Shown: positions 58,870 through 64,000 of the stretch, piece after piece
How positions within the stretch are numbered: position 1 is the first letter of the stretch
Layout: the number at the start of each line of letters is the position of its first letter
Source: Psammoneis japonica
Lineage: Eukaryota
DNA: 64,000 nucleotides
NCBI GenBank assembly: GCA_008632985.1
Contig: QPGO01000184.1
Span: forward strand, 62,001-126,000
Direction: 5' to 3'
Translations under genes and position numbers: made by a program
Notes under the pieces: generated by a model
What the model saw: only the letters and a program-made list of their open reading frames with translations
Told to the model about the DNA's origin: nothing
Database searches by the model: none

Positions 58870-61800
58870 AACAAAACTGTCTCAGTGACGCACTCCTGCT
58901 TGACGTCGAGCGACCCACAAGCGGATCTTGCCGTCATCCACTGCCCGCCAATTTCTCGTGCACCGCGCAGTGATGCTGTCTTCTGTTTCCAGTGTGGTGA
59001 TGACAAAAACACAGGCAATGACAACCTGTGGACATCCTTCTGTCCTGTTGCGTTCATGTCATTTGCCCGTGCTGCTTCCACTTGTCTGCAGTCTTTGACC
59101 GCAGGACACACTGTCTTTGTTTTGCTTTCCTGCAGCTGCTTTGTCCTGTGGCTGACCTTGGAGCGAAACCTTTGCTGAGTTTCCGGCCCTGCAATTGTGG
59201 ATGGGGCAAATGGTTGCCCTTCTCATGGAAGAGTGAACAGACAGAGTGAAAAGTGTTTGATGTTTACAAGGGCAACGGGATGTGCCGACTGTTTTTCCAA
59301 TTGTGCAAAAATGTCATCTCAAGCAGTGGAAGCTCAGGCAACACGTTGAAAGAATGGGTGGATGGGGTGTCACAGTGGAAGTTTAAAAGAGTCGTTCCGG
59401 CACATTTGGATGCTCCAATCAAGGTGGACCCTTCCAGAATTTTTCAATGTCTTTGCCTTTCTCCAAAAGGTGCAGAATGAAGTTTGCTTTCGTGGTGAGA
59501 TGCTCCATTCCTTCAGAAGGCTGAAGAAGGCCTTTTGAGCTTCTTGGTTTTCAAATCAAAGCTTGGCACCTTGAGGAGTCCAACGTGCAACATTTCATGT
59601 TTCATTTGGATCTTATGATGGAATGCAGAAAGCACACAGTGCATGTTTGCACAGCATCCAAGAACTGCTCTCACCAGCTGCCACCGCGCTGCTGCCGTCT
59701 CTGTTGAGTGCTGTCGTGTGCAACCCCTTTGGCGAGGAGCAATTGCTGCCCTGCTGGTGCCAAGGCACTTCTCACACTGCTGCTTTCACGGCATCATAGA
59801 CCAAGTCATGCTCTTGTTAAATGGACTCAACTGATGGCCTCGGATTGATTGCTTCGAGTCGATCACAGCAGGTTGACAACTGAATCAACAAAGATCAATC
59901 ACAACACCTCCCTGAGCAAGAGCCCAGGAACAGCAATGAGGTCATTCTCTTTCTTCCACACTGCGTGATGACAAAGTTTGAGCAACAACAATGGCGGTGG
60001 CAGCAATTTGTTTGTGACATTGTCTGCCCAGATGTGATCTCTCTTTAAACAACAGAAGCTGCTCATTTCTCATTCTTTTCAAGCACAATCTTGCTGACAA
60101 CCATGACAACATGATGCTGGGATGGATGCGCACTTGTGCTTCCCATGGCTTGGAGATGCTTGCAAAAATTTGCCAAAGTGTGTCACGGCTGTGCCTGGAG
60201 AGGGAGGCTCCAAAAATTCATCCTTTCTCAACAAGAAGAAAAAAGGAGAGTGTGCGGGGATTTTACAGCAGCATGACCCAACAACTTCAAGGATTGCAGG
60301 ACTTTTTGAATCATGACTCCCATGAGTGTCAGACAATGGTTTGTTTTGCAGTTGCTTTTGTTTGTTTTGTTGTTGTGAAAGGCTGTGGCAACGGGCAACA
60401 TGTTCCTTGTTGTTTCTTTCTTGTTGCAAGCTCATCTGTCTTGTTCCTGCAACAGTGGTGGCTTGTGTTGCTTTTCATTTTAAAGAGAGGTGGAAAAGTC
60501 CAAACCACTCTTGCACACATTGAAACATTGCACACTGGTTGTGCCTGTTGCCATTGCTCCACTGGCGAGAGCAGAGGAGACAAGTGCCCCTGCCAGAGAA
60601 AATCAAAGCTGCAGAGAATCTAGAGAGAATCTCTCTGTGACAGTGGCTTGATCTAGAGAGAGCAGTCATCACAAGCTCAATGTTTTAGAGCATGTTCCTG
60701 CACAGTTCGGATGCATGAAATGATGAAATGGTGCCGTCGTGTTTCATGCCCACAGCCAGCAGATTGCACTCACGAAGCGAAAGAAGCACGGTGGCTGCAC
60801 TGGGCAATGCGGAGAAATGTCAATTGATCAAAGCAAACAAACACATGGAAGGTGATCTCTCACCTGAATGTGTGGCTGAAGAAAACACAAGCCAAATTGC
60901 CGTCACTTCCAAATCTCCCTCTGACTCCCACAACATTGGCCAAAACAAACACCAAAACCTGCCATTGTTCTGCAGCCCCGGTTCCTTTCAGAAGAATCAC
61001 ACATCATGTCCAGCCACATGTTGAACATTGTAAAAGGTGACAACACCATCTTTGCCTCTCTCTGGCTGCACGATCGACATGGGTGATTCTTGGTTTTGGT
61101 GCGTTTCACACAGAATTCTGCATGTCTGGCACTTGACGTTGATGCTTCCTCTCGATGGATGCCTCAAAATTTGCTCTCGATTCTCTCACAATCTCTTCTT
61201 TGACGAGGAAAGCAGCACATTAAAGTCATCACCATGATTGCTTTCATGAACAATGTTGCTGTCATCTCACTTGGCATTGCTGCCAGTGCCGTTGGCACTG
61301 GTCCCTTGGCCTGCCCGCTTTTGGCTGTCTTTGATGCAACGGCGCAAGGTGTGTTGATTGCTGTGAAAGCAAGTCAAGACATGCTTCGCAGTTCTTTGGC
61401 TACAACCACGATTCATGTGCCAATCTCGAAAGCCATGATGACTCCTTTGTCTGCCTCCAGAACATCCTGCGCAACACCACACCAATGAGTGTGCCCATTG
61501 AAGCTCAAATCAGGTCGAGCATTCATTGTGTGTCTTTTGACCACAAGGACTTCAACTCCACCCTTCTTCACAACACCATTTGAAACTGCACGCCTCCAGA
61601 TGACATGCCTGTTGATGCTCTGAAAGCCTCGAGCTCTGTCTGCCAGCCCTCCTTCGACCTGTCCTTCAAGCACGAAATCGATTTGTCCAGCCGTTTTCAA
61701 AATGTCCTTCGAGAGAACACGCCCGCCGCAATGACTGCCATCCAGACGTTTTCCAAAACTTGCCAGATTTTGTCAAATTTCACCAGTGAGACCACATTGA

Positions 61801-64000
61801 GGCTTCACACTACATTCCATGAGTTCTCTTTGAAGACCAAGACTGTTCGTGAAACTGCTTCGACCTTGCACGAGATCATCCATGACTCCTTGAAGACCTT
61901 TGTCATGAAAGCACAAATTCGGGCTTGCATTTGGAAAGAATGTGTGATGATGACGTTTCAGACACCAAGATTGAAGAATTGAGTGACAGCTTTGTCACAC
62001 TTGTTCAAACTCAGGCTCGCACTCTGTGTGACAAACACGAGACAATGCCATTTCGGACACCCAAATCCAAGCATGTGGCTCGAACGATTTTCAGCATGGA
62101 CGAATCTTGAGGGACCCATCGCGACGGAGATTTTCATTCGCAATCAAAATGGGCCCCAGCCAGAAGCCGGAAATGTCAATGCTGTGCTGGGGATCAATGG
62201 TTTGACCACACAATGAGAGCGACGAGCATCAGCGTGCAATTCAGCTTGACACAGAATTTGTTCATTTGCTTCAGTGGAAAACTGAACTGTCGCAACCCTT
62301 CCTGAGCATGAAGCTAGAACTTGAAGGAAAAACCAGCTGCTGGGCCCTGTGCTCATCAAGATGATGACTTTGTTGCAGCAACTCAAGGATGACCACATCA
62401 TAAAATGGAGTCTGCTTGCCAAATGCACAGCACCAAAAGGAAGTCTTTCCTGCAACAAAAACATGGGATGGCGTGCCCCTTTTTCTGTCCAACCGCAGTT
62501 TAAAAAGCGGCTCGTCTCCTCATCATGGCGTGAGTCATGTTGGTCAATTACGACAACGGAAATGCTGGAAATGGATCTCATGCAGATCATGTGATTCATC
62601 CATCGTGTGTTGGAACGTGCGTCAAAACGATGTGCTTGTTCTTGAGAGAAGATCCAACAACAAATGCTTGTTGTTGTTGCACTCGACATGGCGACACTTG
62701 TCCCGGCATTGTGGGTCAGTGCCGTTGCAATGAAGTGTGGCTGCGATTGGTTTTTGTCGATGCTGCTGCCAAACGACATCTCTGGCAAGCAACAACATCG
62801 TCGTCCCATCACGAGGAAGCTGCTTTGTTCTTTGTTCGACTCGACTGTACAGTGCCGGCAAATGCACCGGCAACACCATGCTGTCACGCACTGTCAGCCA
62901 CTGTCACTCGCACTGATGCGTTCCAGCCCCAGGTGGGACTCCGTGTGACATTGGGCCCGTAGAATTCTACGTGCGAGCTCCACAGTGCAAGAATTTAATC
63001 AATGGATGTGTTTGTCTTCAACATCAAACAAACGGCCAAGTTTGTGGTGCAATCATGCCTCTTGCCACTCGACGTTTTTGCAACTTCGCCTGCCCTGCGC
63101 GATTCTTAAGACATTGTAGAATCGCGCTGCAACAAAAAATGTCAAAAGTTGTTGGATGGATCGCTCAATGAGTGTGCCGTAAAATGACACAAAATGTCAA
63201 AAAAATCACGTAGAAATCTGTGTGCGCGACATACGACGAGACTCAAAAAACTGTCGATGTCACAGTTCAGCAGTGCGAGGTCCCACCTGGACCTGGAGCG
63301 CATCCACTGTGACACTTCAGATGACACGCTTCCTGTTGTAAACCATGACACTGACTTTGTTTTGTCGTGTGATTGTTTTGTGCCTCCACAGATGATTGGA
63401 GTCAAGTCCCTTGACACCGGCGGCGGACTGCAAGCCGGCGAAATCAGAGAGCGCACATTCCACTGTGCAATGTCACCATTTTCGCCTTGAAAACGACCTC
63501 AAACTTGTTCGTTGAGAGTCCTTCACTCATGTGAGCGTAAAAGCTTTGGTCTGTAAGATCAGAAAAGTCCCCTTTTTTTAGACAGTCTAATCTCGTGAGA
63601 TGCCGGGAGAGCCTGTCGTCAGACAACAGACAACGCAACATGACGTCGACTGCACAGGCCCACGAATCCTTTGCCATGTGTGGAAGAATCACGCACATGA
63701 TTTGCATTGAACTTTTGGAAACATCCATCTCTGGGTGTTTTGCTTCCGGAAAAGAGCTGTCAGAACGCAAGCAACAGGCGCGACGAATGCTCGCCACTCA
63801 CCGGGAACGACTGCCCTGTCTCTTGGAATTGGCAATGCACCTCTGACCCAATGGCATCATGAAGGATGCAGCCATGAGAAGCAGGGCACTTGCAGCACCA
63901 TCAATGCCGCTCTGATGACAGCCGCACCTCATCGATTTGATCGCCATCGTGGGCACTGCAGGTGTGGGTTGCCGGGCAGGGACGGACAAGGCCGGAGAGG
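58870..64000. other. TpA-depleted hypermutated block E (runs off the window)
   Basis: TA nearly absent except ttaa/ctag-type sites; somewhat weaker after ~62800. Confidence 0.85.
59160..59480 (+). pseudogene. DUF4336-like protein C-terminal relic
   Basis: WGKWLPFSW...KEWVDGVSQWKFKRVVPAHLDAPI resembles the DUF4336 W.F.RIIPAH..AP motif; in-frame stops. Confidence 0.5.

Overview
Eukaryotic nuclear DNA, most likely a pennate diatom or related stramenopile (inferred from short GT-AG introns, gene content and PTxxPT-repeat proteins). The window alternates between two kinds of sequence. (1) Normal gene islands: PIG-U tail, ornithine cyclodeaminase, GatC-like, a phosphoesterase/mucin-like protein, a sulfotransferase, a GT31-Fam20B-like fusion, aldose 1-epimerase, an OSCA/TMEM63 channel, a coiled-coil protein and mitochondrial uS17. 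(2) Five sharply bounded blocks (~1.9-4.6, 22.1-26.4, 32.0-37.5, 43.6-52.4, 58.9-64 kb; about 40% of the window) that have lost almost all TpA and much CpG while gaining TpG/CpA. Relic genes in these blocks carry Cys/His at conserved Tyr positions, paired repeat copies differ by TA/TG and CA/TG, and surviving TA sites are mostly YTAR. This points to a regional, context-specific A:T->G:C hypermutation process, the mirror image of fungal RIP. The second highlight is a candidate sulfated/phosphorylated proteoglycan-like biosynthesis cluster at 10.8-22.1 kb. Also present: a TA-flanked MITE in the galM coding sequence that could be spliced out as a new intron, a probably heterozygous Mutator insertion captured as an assembly duplication, and TA-rich palindromic islands upstream of genes. 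All calls are from reading motifs by eye; no searches were run.
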